Under the pieces are notes generated by a model. That model did not search any database and was not told the DNA's origin. It saw only the letters and a program-made list of their open reading frames with translations. A DNA stretch of 41,187 nt from assembly GCF_000743755.1 (NCBI RefSeq), contig NW_014569542.1:62001-103187 (forward strand), in the 5' to 3' direction. This document shows positions 21,293 through 34,500 of the stretch, piece by piece. Made by a program: the position numbers and the translations under genes. Position 1 is the first letter of the stretch. Each line of letters begins with the position of its first letter. The stretch comes from Blastocystis sp. subtype 4. Its lineage: Eukaryota.

Positions 21293-23623
21293 TCACTTCA
21301 CTTTGCTCAAACGAGTTACAATTTCAGAAATATTGTTAGTCACATATTCAAGACGGCGAATCAAGTCATCTCGATTCATTCCAACTGCCTTGGCTAAAGG
21401 CATCGATGATACAACTCCATACTTATCAAGATAAGTAATATCATCAAAGGGGGCTTCCAGATTCAGGATCGTGCCTCCTTCGTATCGTACTTGAATAGCA
21501 CCTGTGCTCAACATACAAATAGCAGCTGTATCCTTCACTAACCACTTTAGAGCAAAAGGCATATTCTGTGTCGGTCCTCCTTTAGCCGAATCTTCTGTCT
21601 ACCAATGAACAATTTTCCTTATTCTTACTTCCTCTTTTGAGATTTCTCGATTTGTCATACGTTCAAGGAAGTTTGTTCGGAAGTATTTGATCAAGGTTAT
21701 CTTCTTAGACAGTTCTTCAGGATAGTCCTCAATATGTCCAGATACAGAAGGAATAAACCGTTCATCAACATTCCATTGTTGAATTGAGATCCTCGGATGA
21801 TACTCGAAGAACATTCCATCACTGGATACCACAATCTAATTAACAGAAGGCATTCAATCATACAGAGGTTTTATCATTGAACAAGATCCCAATAATACCG
21901 TTTGAGAACATATATCCAATTCCATACTTCCGTGTGAAATCGTACTCATCGACAATCCAGTTCTATCAATCACTCTTTCATTCAATTGATACAGAGGTCC
22001 TTGTTATTTGAATATGATCGGTAGGCTTCACTATTCATTACACTCCATACAATTCTCTACTCAATCCTGGATGGTGCATGGCTGTGTGTAGATTTGCTGC
22101 ATGCTCCATCAGCAGAGGAGCTCCAGGCCGGTTCTGGTAACGATTTCGAAACACTGTAACCGAAGGAACAATGCCTGCTGGCAATCCCTCGAAGGTCTCT
22201 TGGGGTAGCAATCCCCGCTCGTGAAACGATCGATTGGCCAAATCAATGCGATCTTCCATGAAATGTGACTACATTTAAGACTCGTGGACTGACCTACGCG
22301 ACGGGCTGTGAGCGAGAATCGATTGATGTCATTACGACCATTTCCATCGTAATCATATTCAAAGACTCGATTCTTCTGTGTCCCACTCACTGGAACAGTG
22401 GACACAGGTTGAGAGGGTACCAAATCACCCATTCGTACACGTTTCGCGACATCACTGGATAATGTGTCTTTTAATGAAGCTACATTCCTTTACCTACCAG
22501 CAGATGGCTGTTCTCGATGGACACGTTGAACTACCGGAGTTGGTTCTGTAGTGGCACGCGCTGTCAACAAATAAGGTTGCTTCAAGATATAGAGAGGAAG
22601 ACTTCTAGGAGGAGCAATAGGTGAATCAGTAAAGAAGGGATGCTGAACCATCTGATCGAGTGATAACCGTGAGGCAGGATCCTGATTTAGAATTGACCGA
22701 ATAAACATGCGTGCCTGGTGGGAGATATGCTGATCCTTGATAGGAAAAGAGAAATCATTCTGACGAATGTTCTCATAGGTGTTACTTACGTTACCACCAT
22801 CAAATGGAGCTTTTCCAATCAACATTGTGTATGTGATAACACCAATTGCCCAGATGTCCACCTCGTAACTATAAGCACGTTTATCGGAAGACATAAGGAT
22901 CTCTGGAGCAATATAATTAGGTGTACCACACATTGTCTTCTTTCTCTCGTTCGGCTCACTCAACTGTGCAGCAAGACCCAGATCACCAACTTTCACTTCA
23001 AGATTTTCGTCCAGAAAGATATTTCCAAGCTTCAAATCACGATGGATGATACATCGACTATGAAGGTATTTTACAGCATCGATAATCTGAAGTAGGAAGT
23101 ACTGGGCTTCCGGTTCTGTAAGACATTTCCGATTCTTTACAAGATGGCCAAGCGTCTGCTATTAACAGAAGAAGAAAACCCTACATCATTCGAACATAAT
23201 TCAAGAATCAAGTAGTGATACCGATTATCTTCAAAGTGTTTATACATTTTACATATATGAGGGTGATCAAGGGATTTGTGTATCCGAATCTCACTATTGA
23301 ACTGTCGATCACCCAATATGCACAGAGACCTACTTTATCGATTACTTTCGGCTTAACTAATCCTGCCTTATCTACAACCTTCCCTGCATATTTTTTTCCA
23401 GTCTGGATACTCGTCAACTCGTAAACAATAGCGAATCCACCCTATACGATGAAATATCCTTTTATTCGTTCACCTTTCCGATTTGTTTTCCAACACGATA
23501 TCGATCCACGATCCGAGTCTTCGTTTCATCCAACTCCGTGATGTACTTGACTCCATCCTTCTTTACAACCCCATTGACTGGATGCTCTCGGAGAAGATTT
23601 TTTTCATCTTTCGATGGATCCAT
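21293..23623 (-). CDS. PLK1: Polo-like kinase
   Basis: IGKGGFA, YAGKVV, HRDLKLGNIFL, VKVGDLGLAAQL, KKTMCGTPNYIAPE; C-terminal polo boxes (YDFTRKYGIGYMFSNGIIGILFNDKT; LSKKITLIKYF; LKWLVKDTAAICMLSTGAIQV). Confidence 0.95.
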
Positions 23624-24202
23624 CTCTTCTTCTTTGAAAGAAAATCAACAGAATCAACTCAGAGGGAAAAATATGGCCGATTTTGGCACCCGCCAATCTC
23701 TCAGAACACGTCTTTTATCGACTCAGAAGTATCATTGTTTAGGTTTTCAAAAGTAGCATCGATCTAGAGATTATTAGGATTCTGTTGATCATCGTGTATT
23801 CATCACCATTCTGACTCCTTAATACTACAAAATCAATAGCTTATGTTGTGTGTGCATATCTTTATTCCATGTACGGTCTTCTGTTCACCTATTGTATCCG
23901 GTTTTCTTTCTATGATAATGGACAATAGGAGGTCTTTTCCACACACCAGAGTAATGAATAACTCTCTTTGTGGTAACTAATACGGGATTTGTTCCCTGAA
24001 CTAACAGTGGAGTCTAGTTGTTGGACACAACTTCAGCGAAACTTTCTTATCCACATTCCATTAAGTTCGTCTGTACATAACCAATTGAAACTCCAATTGT
24101 TCAGTAATTACTGTTTTCTGTCTTCTATGATTATTATGCATAGAATAGTCACTGGACAAAAAAAGATACCCTATATATCACTGAAAAAGTATCGAATTAA
24201 TA

Positions 24203-25487
24203 ATGATCCACGTTCTTTTGGTATTTACTCTATCTCTGTTTGTCCTATCACAGTTTCTCATGATATAGAGTTCTTGCTCGGGATAACCAGCCAAAGTATT
24301 ATGAAATTAAGGCCTCGAGTCATTATCATCTGGGTTACCAAGTAAGGTATTTCAAATCTGTTGATTTCTAGTTTGGTTCGAATACTAAAACTCTGGTACA
24401 GAAACGGTTCGCCGAAGATGAAATCTTGAATAAAAAGCTGGTACCTTTTTATAACACAGAGAAGGGAAAGGAAATCTTTAATCACTTCTATACTGTGAAT
24501 GTGGACTTGAGGAATGCTTGATTATCTCTAGAACAACCGTTTCCCAGACTATATGGATGAAATACGTGGCATTGCGGCGGGCGCTCAGGTCCCTTTCGAG
24601 CTCGTATTTATGTCAACTCTAAATGAAGAATTCAGCGATTATGTGGATGAGAAATATCGATATAAACCGGTTGAGACGTGTAGCGATATTATTATCAATG
24701 AAGGCCCTTATCGTCATATTTTTATATGTATTTTAATTTTGTAGATGGTATTTGCCATAATGAAGATGGCAGTCTATTGGATTTCGATCGTACTGCTCTC
24801 CTCGATGTAAGTCTTACACTGCCATCAGGTGTTACCTTATTTACTGCGTGGTGCTATGTTGGCCAACTACCTACTGCAGGTAATCGAGATTTAATTTGTT
24901 AATCTCTAGCCTTTGGTTTCAATAGGAATATTGCATTTACAATGAACTATCTTCATACTGCCAAGGGTGACTTTGACGGTATTGCACGAAATTTCATCGC
25001 TCGGTATCTTCTGGATGCTACCTCTCTGGATGATGCATGGGAACGAATTCGTTCGACGCCTCATTGTGTTGGTCACAATTATCAGATTATGGATTTGACA
25101 AATGGATACACTGTTGATATTGAAGTAGCCCCTTTTGATCGTATTGGATACTTTGTGGCACTTCCAGGCCATCCTCACTTCCATTCCAACATGTACAGTC
25201 TTCTCCAGGTTGACGATACACCTTCAGCAAGTTCAATTCATCGGGAAGCTCGTTACAAGCAATTAACACCTCCTTCTTCATTTGATGATGCTCTCAACAT
25301 TCTGAGTGATACGTAGGAATTCAGGGCATGTATAAGGAATAGAGCTGATAGAGAGGAACCTATCTATCGTAATACTACACTTAATACTGTAGTATTTGAC
25401 TACTATCGCAACATATATGTGATCTACTCTGGAGTTCCTTCTATGAAGAATGTTTATATTGAACGGGTTTTACACTGGAAGTCTTGA
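24203..25487 (+). CDS. Peptidase C45 / Ntn-hydrolase (Tan / acyl-CoA:6-APA acyltransferase-like), secreted
   Basis: Signal peptide MIHVLLVFTLSLVLA; FPDYMDEIRGIAAGA; ETCSD (autoproteolytic Cys); HNED; GIARNFIARYLLDA; HSNMY; SSIHR. Stop TGA 25485-25487. Confidence 0.85.
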
Positions 25488-25501
25488 ATAATCATAAAGA
25501 G

Positions 25502-25509
25502 TGTTTGTT
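25502..25509 (+). terminator. TGTTTGTT element (C45 peptidase gene)
   Basis: Exact motif 15 nt after the stop. Confidence 0.75.
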
Positions 25510-25539
25510 GAGAATTCATTCTTTAATGCTTGACCTATA

Positions 25540-28500
25540 ATGAATTCTGTAGATGATCTAATTCAGGAATTTGTAAAAGGAGATGACGGTCAGCTTAATG
25601 TATGAGTTGGAATAAGATGTATATTGTAGATCTATGTTCTTCTTGCAGATTTGAATCCAGAATCTCTCAGTACTGTTGATAATGCTTCCAAGATCAAAAT
25701 CATCGATGCTGCAATGACTTGGCTCAATACACATGCTTCAGGAATGAATAATACCCGGTTGGAGTATTGCAGGGAGTGGGAATGAAATAAAGTTTTCTAA
25801 TTGCTAGGAGGACGATCATCTTGTATGCATCATTACTATCCTCTCTGGGTGGGTCAGAAGTCTATGAAACCTATAGGAGTTATATTCTGAAAGTGATATT
25901 TGACTTCGTGGATTCATGATCTATAGTTTCTCTGGGATTTAGATGAAGGAAATTTCGATTTTGTGCGAAAGGTCATTCTAAAGTTTTTATCGGTTTCTTA
26001 TAAAGTGAATGGTACTTGTCCTCGCGAATATGAGACTAAACTCACTCAAGTGCTGTTAGATTACTCAGCAATCTGTCAGCGATTCACAGAAACTGAACAG
26101 ATGCATCCAAGAGGGAATGAAAAGCCGTCAAATCAAGAAACTGGAACCCATATCCATATTCGTGACGATCCGTTATCCCTACTAATTCTGGTCTATGACT
26201 TCATGTCAACCATGTCCAGTGCAGAAAGTGAGTTCTTTAGTGATTCTTTTATTTCTGCTCTCGAACTACTAGTTCAGTATGAAGGGTTTAGCACTCCATA
26301 TCGCTTAACCAAACGAATCCCGCTTTTATTCACAAGTTACACGCGTGTTGTGAATTTCTGGATCCGAATATGTTATCGTCGAAAGATCCAAATCAACATC
26401 ATTATGATTCGTGATCGTGTGCTACGAAATCTCTTTACACTCTCAAGTATGGTACGAATTATTGATACATCTCTACGTATCACGCTAATCTATTTAATGT
26501 TTTTCTTGCTTCGTCTGTACAAATCTGGAATCTTTCGTCCTTATCTCTTCTATTTGAGCAATTTCTTCTTCTTCTTCTCAACAGATCATTATAGTCTGGA
26601 TCTCTTTGCATCACGAGCATATGCTCTTTATGTACGGATTCTCGATCCACTTCCAAATGATCTCAAGCCATCAGAAATTTGGCTGATTATTGTCAATCTT
26701 GGGATCATGCTTCGACATTGGGACTTGAAGTCCAGTGTTCTGTTCTCAGGACTAAAGATTCTGCAGAATCTTGTTAGGAAGATTGAATTGAAGGAGTGTG
26801 ATTGCGGAGATAAGTATTGTGAGTATGAGAAAAGAGAGTGAAATCTAGTTGATGTGATTCTTCAGATCACTTTGATTTGTAAGCGATTCTTAACAAGTCT
26901 CAATACTACAAAGGGAGATTGTCTTAAGATTCTACCTACGATCAATCGTCTTACTGTTGATAAGAACTCCAACATTCGACTACGACGGTTTGCTCAAAAT
27001 CAAGTCTATGAGCCATTGACGACACCCATCACTTCAAGTGGTCGTCATATTGTAGCAAGCAATATGTTCTGTGAAATTGGAGATAAAGTAGTTTCAGAGA
27101 CACCTCAGACTCTTCTCAGTGGTCTCATTGCTGTGACACGAGTCTTAGAGCAGATCTCTCGTTGCCACAACCAACAGAAGCTGGGTATAGATTATATCAC
27201 GTTGCAAATCCAGGAATGCTTCCAGCTGATGCTTGGCCTACGCGATCTCTTTACCGACGAAACTTCTCTGTGTAGAAAAGTGGGTGATTTTATATCTGCA
27301 TTTGTGGGAACTTTGTCGCATTTTTCGGTACTGTCAAAGATGCAAATCTTCTCCTTCATCTTTCCCGACCTTATAGCTACGGCTCTGCAATACCAATCCT
27401 TCTTCTCAGTGATTCCATCCTTACTGAAAGATTCTTCCACTCGAATAACAACGACTTCCTTCCTTTTGGATTATTTTGTGAAGAATATGACTGTATTTCT
27501 TGCTGACTGTCTCAATGGTAGAAACTAGATACAACTCCGGAATCTGGATTGTTTCTTGCTGAGGTCATCCAGTATATTCGAGCACCTGAACTATCGGTTC
27601 TTTTTCGACGATACATTCCAGTTGAGATCTAGCTGTGCATTCACCTGTAGATGCTATTGGATAGTTTAACGTGTTGTCTCGTGATTAAGAAGAATCGACA
27701 GAACTATGTAGATATGCTGATGAGTCTGGCTATTGGATTACAAAGGATTTCTGAAGTGTTGTTATATCAAGACTATGAAGTAAAGTTGAAAACACTAATT
27801 CAATGTCTAATCAATGTTCATGAGATTGAATCTGATCCTCTTACACGAATTAAGATGAATATTGTGATTTTGAAATTCCCTATCTCACCAATTGGAGGAC
27901 TTGGATGTGTTAAGGAATATGTTGAAGCACTGTTACGTCTATTGGAATCATGGACAATGTATCAGGTCTATGGTGCAGAGTTGTTCACTTCATTGATCCG
28001 ACATATTGATATTGAACTTCTTCTTCCAGTATTGGTATTACCTGTGAATTGTCAGCGTTTGAACAATGCCATTACTTCTATTCTTTCAGAAAGTCAAGAT
28101 GAAACGTTAATTGAAGCAACATTGGAACTCGTATCGTCTCTTCGAGGTGTGTTAAACGTGGAGTTGAATGCTGATGTTAACATTCCTATTTCACGACGAA
28201 TGGTGGGCGATCTCTCACTTTCACTTTCTTTCAAGGAAGATCCAGATCATTCTTTGACCATTCCTATTGACGTTACGATTCAAGAGAGTGTTTATTTCCT
28301 TGCAGCGAATCTAATTTCAAAAGATTACAAACCTATCCCTGTGAAGATTGCCCCGTCATACATCTTCACAAAGGGATCACTCGAAATGACAGGGAAATCT
28401 TGGTCATTTGCACGAAATCTTCTGAAGGAAAGAAAGATTGATGCTTACAAGATTATTCAATACTCTGAAATCTTTGAAATCACTCCAGAGCCACTCTTTG

Positions 28501-31500
28501 GAGTTGATCTTCATATGTTGCCTACATCTGACGAGATCCTGAACTGTTGTCAGAAGCCCATCATATCACAAGAGAAGCTGCGAATCAGTGCATGTACTTT
28601 ATTCGGGACGATGTTGGGATATATGGATGTCGACCTTCATAATGATGCTGTTGAAACGATTAACAGATTCTGTGATACACTGGTGTTGTTCGTCATGCAG
28701 CATACAGTACAGCAATCTACTGATATTCCAGTGTCATTGGATACTGTGTATAGTCCAGAACTCAAGAACTCTCTATTTGGACCTCCTCTACATCCATCAG
28801 GGATTGGTCTGTTTATTCCAAAAGAAGAAGCTATTTTTTCTGCGTTCTCAGATGCGATTGCAGCTCTGTTGAGTGATGGAAAGGAAGAATGTTGTTCTTG
28901 TGTGAAGTATTTCTTCAATCTCTTCTGGACAAAGAGTCTTGAACTGATTCATGACCCTTTCTGGACGTATTGTCGATGTAGTGGTTTCTTCGATCAATTC
29001 TTTTTGGCCATGACACACTATGCATTCACAGAGTCATGGCGATTCCGGCTTGCTCTCTGTGATGTATATGAAGACATTACGAGTTATCTTCCTGCTGTAT
29101 GGAGTGAACATATGATCAGTATGCTTGTACGGTTTGTCTTCTCTACGACGAAAGTGAGAGAATGGATAGAACTTCCTTTGTAGATGATGCCAGAAGATGC
29201 TTTCCTTATCAATCAATCCATTCTCTATCGCCTTCTTCAACGTCTTCTTCATATCAATTTTGGGTTTGAATTAGATGGCATGTAGGCTCTAAAACAATTG
29301 ATTAGTGATAGACCTCCATTCAATCCTTCTCATCAAACAGACTCCAAATACATCTTCTCTCCTCCGATGAAACAAAGAGCTATGGATATCTTTGAGCAAC
29401 TCCTTAACAATCTGTTTACAGGCAGTGTGAACATGCATCTCCTGGCTTCGAAGGCACTCTCTCTGATTCCTTCGACATATATGCCTTTGTTACAACCGCT
29501 TGCTGAGAAGATATTCCGTTCTCTTTCCTTTGCGATCTTGCCAGATGTGAATCAGGTCACAATGCTTCAAGCACTCACTTATCTCTCCAGTCATAGTTTC
29601 TTCATTCCTGAAGGACCTTCTCTTCGTGATCTCATAAGCAGTGTTATGAGTATCTATCGTATTTCCTTCGCAGAAGCTGATATTCCTGACGATCTGTATT
29701 GTAATCCTTTCATTTCATATTGACATCGTAGTGTGTCAAGAACAGCTTCCAAGCTTCACATCGACATATCCTGTCCACCGAGATCGATATGCTGAAGCAA
29801 CAGCCGTACTGACGAGGTTCTTAGGAGAGTTCTTATCGAGACTTCCAGTGGATGAACTCTCGGATTTGCAAAATACCTTCACGACATTGGCTGTTTACAT
29901 ACTGGAACATGCTAATGATTCTCTTCTAAAGCCTCTTTCTGTCGTTTTGGCTCGTCTCCAGAAATTAGGCTTCAGTTATTCGGAACCACTCCGACTAAGT
30001 ATCGTTAATCTTGTAGGCAAGGTAAGCTCTCTTTCAGTCGTGTCTTGTGATCATCTGCTATTACGCCGATTACGAAATCTACTAATGTTCTCAGATTCAA
30101 CTCCGGATCAGGCTTGTCGTCGTCTCCTTACAGAATGGGTAAATTCCTTCAGTATTAGTCCTGTCTATCCAGTAATCCATAATTCGTAAACTAATCACTA
30201 GACGGATACTCCTGAACGATTACAACTCCTTCAAGAGATCTTTTTGTATTCACACATGGAGATGGACTTTTCATATGGCACACACATCTGGCAAGGTTGT
30301 CTTATCAATATTTGGGCAACAACTGCATTTCCAATTTCTTTGAATTCATATGTATGACTGAAATACTCATTTTTATGTAGTTTGATCGTGTTTCTAGAAT
30401 GTATCAACTCTCCGATCGAGTGAGTGATTCCGTGATTCCGTTTATTAGCGACATGACTTATCTATCCTTCACCTTCTATTCATATTCGCTTCTCTTATGG
30501 CTGATGAGACGAGTGAAGAGTCACGCCCTTGAACTAACACTAACAGTTCTTCTACAACACTCGCTGACATCCAAGGAGTTGAGTCAAGTGATCTGTCTTC
30601 AATGTATTCAGAAACTCTTGCTAATCCTTGAAACGAGTGCCAATAACGTTGTCTTAGATACAATGGAACGACTAATTGCTGAAGAAGCTAAGAAGTCGCA
30701 AAAGTTTACTTATGAGTTGGATATGCATTTGAATTCGCTTCGAAACAACACTTCTATTCCCTTTGACATTAATTGTTTCTCCTTTGAAACTCAAGACATT
30801 GTGGCTCATATGGTAGTCGACATTCTTCAACGCATCTGGTCTCCAAAGCTTCTTGTAGATGCTTATGTGGGGACAATTGGTGAGACTCCATGTAACTTCT
30901 GCGAGCTACTGGGATTTGTCGATAGTTATGTGTTAGAGAAGCTTCCTCGAGCAACCCAGGTTGAATTACTTTTGTAGAGATTGAGAAATCGAATCATAAC
31001 TAGGACAGTCAATGTGGTTTTGATCGAACAGAGGGAGAATGATTCTCTTCACTGTCAATATGCGTCAACAATTATCCGATCTGTGGCAATTCCTCTCTTA
31101 GCAGCAATTCGAAGGTTTCCTCCTCTTGATGAGAGTCTCGTCGCATCATTTGAAGCCTTACTCCGTCATCTTGTTTACCCTACCACGATGTCCCGTTCAC
31201 AGTTGATCGCCTATCTCGAGTACATCATACTAATTGTTGCTACATTTCCGTCTATGAGTTCGACATTAGAGAGATTCGGTGTTCTTCCCATCCTTCAGAA
31301 GTATGATAATTCATGTTCATTTATGTACATTCAAATATTCCGATTAATGGAATTACAAATAAATCCTAGTATTGAAGCAATCATTAAGAATCTAAAGACT
31401 GTTGTAAGTCACAATTCTACTCCGAATACACTCACAAATAATTATTATATTACAATGCTCAATTCCAGTATGAGTGTTCTCTCTTTTTCATTCCTAGTTC

Positions 31501-34500
31501 TTTCGTATCTCCCCAGGGATCAGTTGATGATTCTTAATGAAGAAGTAGTGAAGATGTATTTGGAACTCCAATCCACTGAATCACGAGTCTATCTTATCAC
31601 TCTCTTTCATCATCTTCCATATCGATTTCCTTCACTACCTCGAAGCGTGATTACCAATATTTCTGTTTTAGGTAAGAAGAAACTCGAGGAAAGTGACATA
31701 CTAATGTTTGTACGATGTAACTCCCTTCTTTTGGCATATTCAGGAGAATCCTTAAGAAAGGTTGGAAAGAATGATTCTCTACCAGAGAATGAATTACGTT
31801 CTTTGGTTCATATCTCATTAAAGAATGAAATCCAGTTTCTAGAATGGGTTATGGATGTAAGTAGTCATCAATATTGTCATTCTCTGATCCTTCTTGTTAT
31901 CGAAGTCATTCCAAATTCATATGTTATTCCCGAAATTCTTTCTAGTCTTGATGAGTGTATCTCGATGCCTCAACAGAATCCCGTATCTTATATTGCTCTT
32001 CTTCATGTATTGTATCTGGTTCTCAAGGATGCATCATCCTCTGATATGACTCAGGATTACAGTAACGTGGTTGTGGGTTTTGAATTCCTGCTGAAGAATA
32101 TCCAAAAAGATGTTGCTTATTCCTGTGCATACGAGGTTGTTCAATGTGAGAATGAATGAATGTGATGAAGCATAGTGATGAAACAGATTCCGCTGTTGAA
32201 TAAGGAAGGGATCGCTTGCATGAAGAAGATTGTGGGAGTATTAAAGGGCCAAGTGAATATGACCTTGTCAGATCTCAAAGTGATGTCTCGTCTTGTTCTC
32301 CTGCTTTCTGTTCATGTGTTTAAGGACGATGAGTTGATACAGAGTTTGTTGGAACTTCTGAGAATGAGCTGGGTCCGATATCAGCAATACCGTGCCGTCT
32401 TCAGCAGTGAGAATCCACAGCAGCTTCAAGAAGTGTTAGAATACCAGTCTCCTCCTCAGTACATTTGATTGTAGAACTGTAACCTAGAATGGAACTCCTC
32501 CTACAGGATATGCTTGTACCGCCGACACTGCAGCATCATGTACTGAATGAACTCCTCTATTCAGTTCTTTCCATTCTATCTGAGGCTCCAGAGTTTATTT
32601 CAAATGTCGATATCTTCTGTGAGATTATCATGAATCTGGAGGATGGAGAGATAGTGGAAAGAGTCTTAAGTTGTCTCCTCCAGATTGTCAAACACTCAAA
32701 CCTGTCTTCTGACAGCGCAAATCAGATCTTCACTATGATGAAACGAATTGAAAGCCTGGTACCAATAGTACAGCGTTGGTATATCCTTCAGCTGGAATGT
32801 GAGATTGTTACAGTGCTGACAGAGCGGTTTTACATCCCTGCATCTCCCGTTTCGGTGTTGGTGCATAGGGCTTGTTCCCATGATGAGCAATTGGTGAACA
32901 CTTCCTTGATCAATCTCCATCAGACAATCCCAAGTTCACTCGAGGATGTATTGCGTTTTCTGTTTTCCATAGTAACTAGAATGATGGGCAACTGATCTAT
33001 AGGACTGGTCTCCTTTTCTTCCTCAGCAGTGGCTGCCTTTTGCTGTTCGCTGTCTGTTTTTCACTCTGGATTGGAATAAGAATCTCCCTGTTCTGAATAT
33101 CCCTCAGGATCAAAGAATATCATTCCTATCCTCACTTATAAGACCAACGAGACAGTTCCTAATAACAGTTCAAGAGATGACATATGAAGAGTTGCTCATG
33201 CCAACCTTGATGAGTCTGTCATCTAATATATACTTCACTGAACAGTAGCATTATTCATTCTATTTGACATGTAGCTATTGGTTGATTCTCTTCCCTGCTG
33301 CTTGGAATGCTCTGAGTTCAGATGCACGAAATCGACTGATACCTCTGATAGAATCTTTCCTGATTCGGAAACAGCAATACTATGTCAAATCAGACCCATT
33401 CCGAAATGTGTTCTGTGAAATGAAGTTAGTGTATTCGAGACAATCTGCTCGGGTTTTTAATTATATTACCTGTAATGATATCCACTATTGTCATGCTAAT
33501 CTCCCTCAACTGTTATTGGAAGGATTTGCTCGATGTTCTCCCATTCCAATCTTCTCTGCCAATACATACTGCAAGCTTACTCAAGACTTTGGATGTGGAC
33601 GATATGTATCCTTCCTTCTGTCTCAGTATCTGGATAAGGTGACGAATCCTCAACGTCGTCAACAAGTTGGTCTCCTCTTGTTACACTTGTATGAACTGAT
33701 GGGCGATATGACGATGGGCGTGGGGGTCCTTCGGGGTATTATTGTTCCTCAGAAACCATTGTTTGGAGCCTACTATGAATTGCTGGAAGATTGGAAGAAT
33801 GCTGTTAGTTCGTATAGCCAAGTGGACGCAGGACCATTACAGTCTTGGGCAAGGTCACGTGTAGAAGTCTGTAGAAAGAATCAACGAATGTGGTACATGT
33901 TATCGGAGCAGGCTCGCGAAGAGAATGATATACATTTGGGTTGTGAGAGTCATGCTCATCTCAATGATTGGATGTAGGTATAATGAAGGGAATAGCATTG
34001 TAGATATGTTGAAAAGAGTCCTTCATTGGAGTCCATTCAAGGTCAGTTGATGAAGTGTAAGGCTTTTCTATTTCAGAAGAATCCAGCACTTCCAGAAGCT
34101 CTTAAGCGTGTTCGAATTGATTTGATTCAGCAACTCAATTCGTTATCATTTCAACCATCATCACATCGTCATCAAATCTACCAATATGTATTTGATTATG
34201 GGGATATTCGGTTGGCTCAACATATCCTGTCATCAGCTACTTCCAATTTGGAGTATACATCGCTCATTGCTTTCTGGAGACAGAATCTACCTTCATCTCG
34301 AGATTCTCCATGTGTATGGGATAAGGTGAGTGGTTGGCGAATGAGTGTGTATGCACAAGTGGATGAAGAAGCAAAACGAGAAATACGAATACGAGGAGAT
34401 TGTGAGTGGCATGCAATTCGCCTAGCAAAAGAGTATAAGGAACACGAGATGCCAACTCAGTGTTATGAGATTCTGAATACCCTAGTTCACAAGAAACATG

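Noticed and set aside
23700..24200. Possible small gene between PLK and C45, including ORF 23989-24345
   Set aside because: No recognisable motif; the listed ORF runs out of frame over the C45 first exons; no supportable model.
30975..30977. In-frame TAG within TRRAP suggesting readthrough or pseudogene
   Set aside because: It is removed by a normal 30-nt GT-AG intron (30974-31003).
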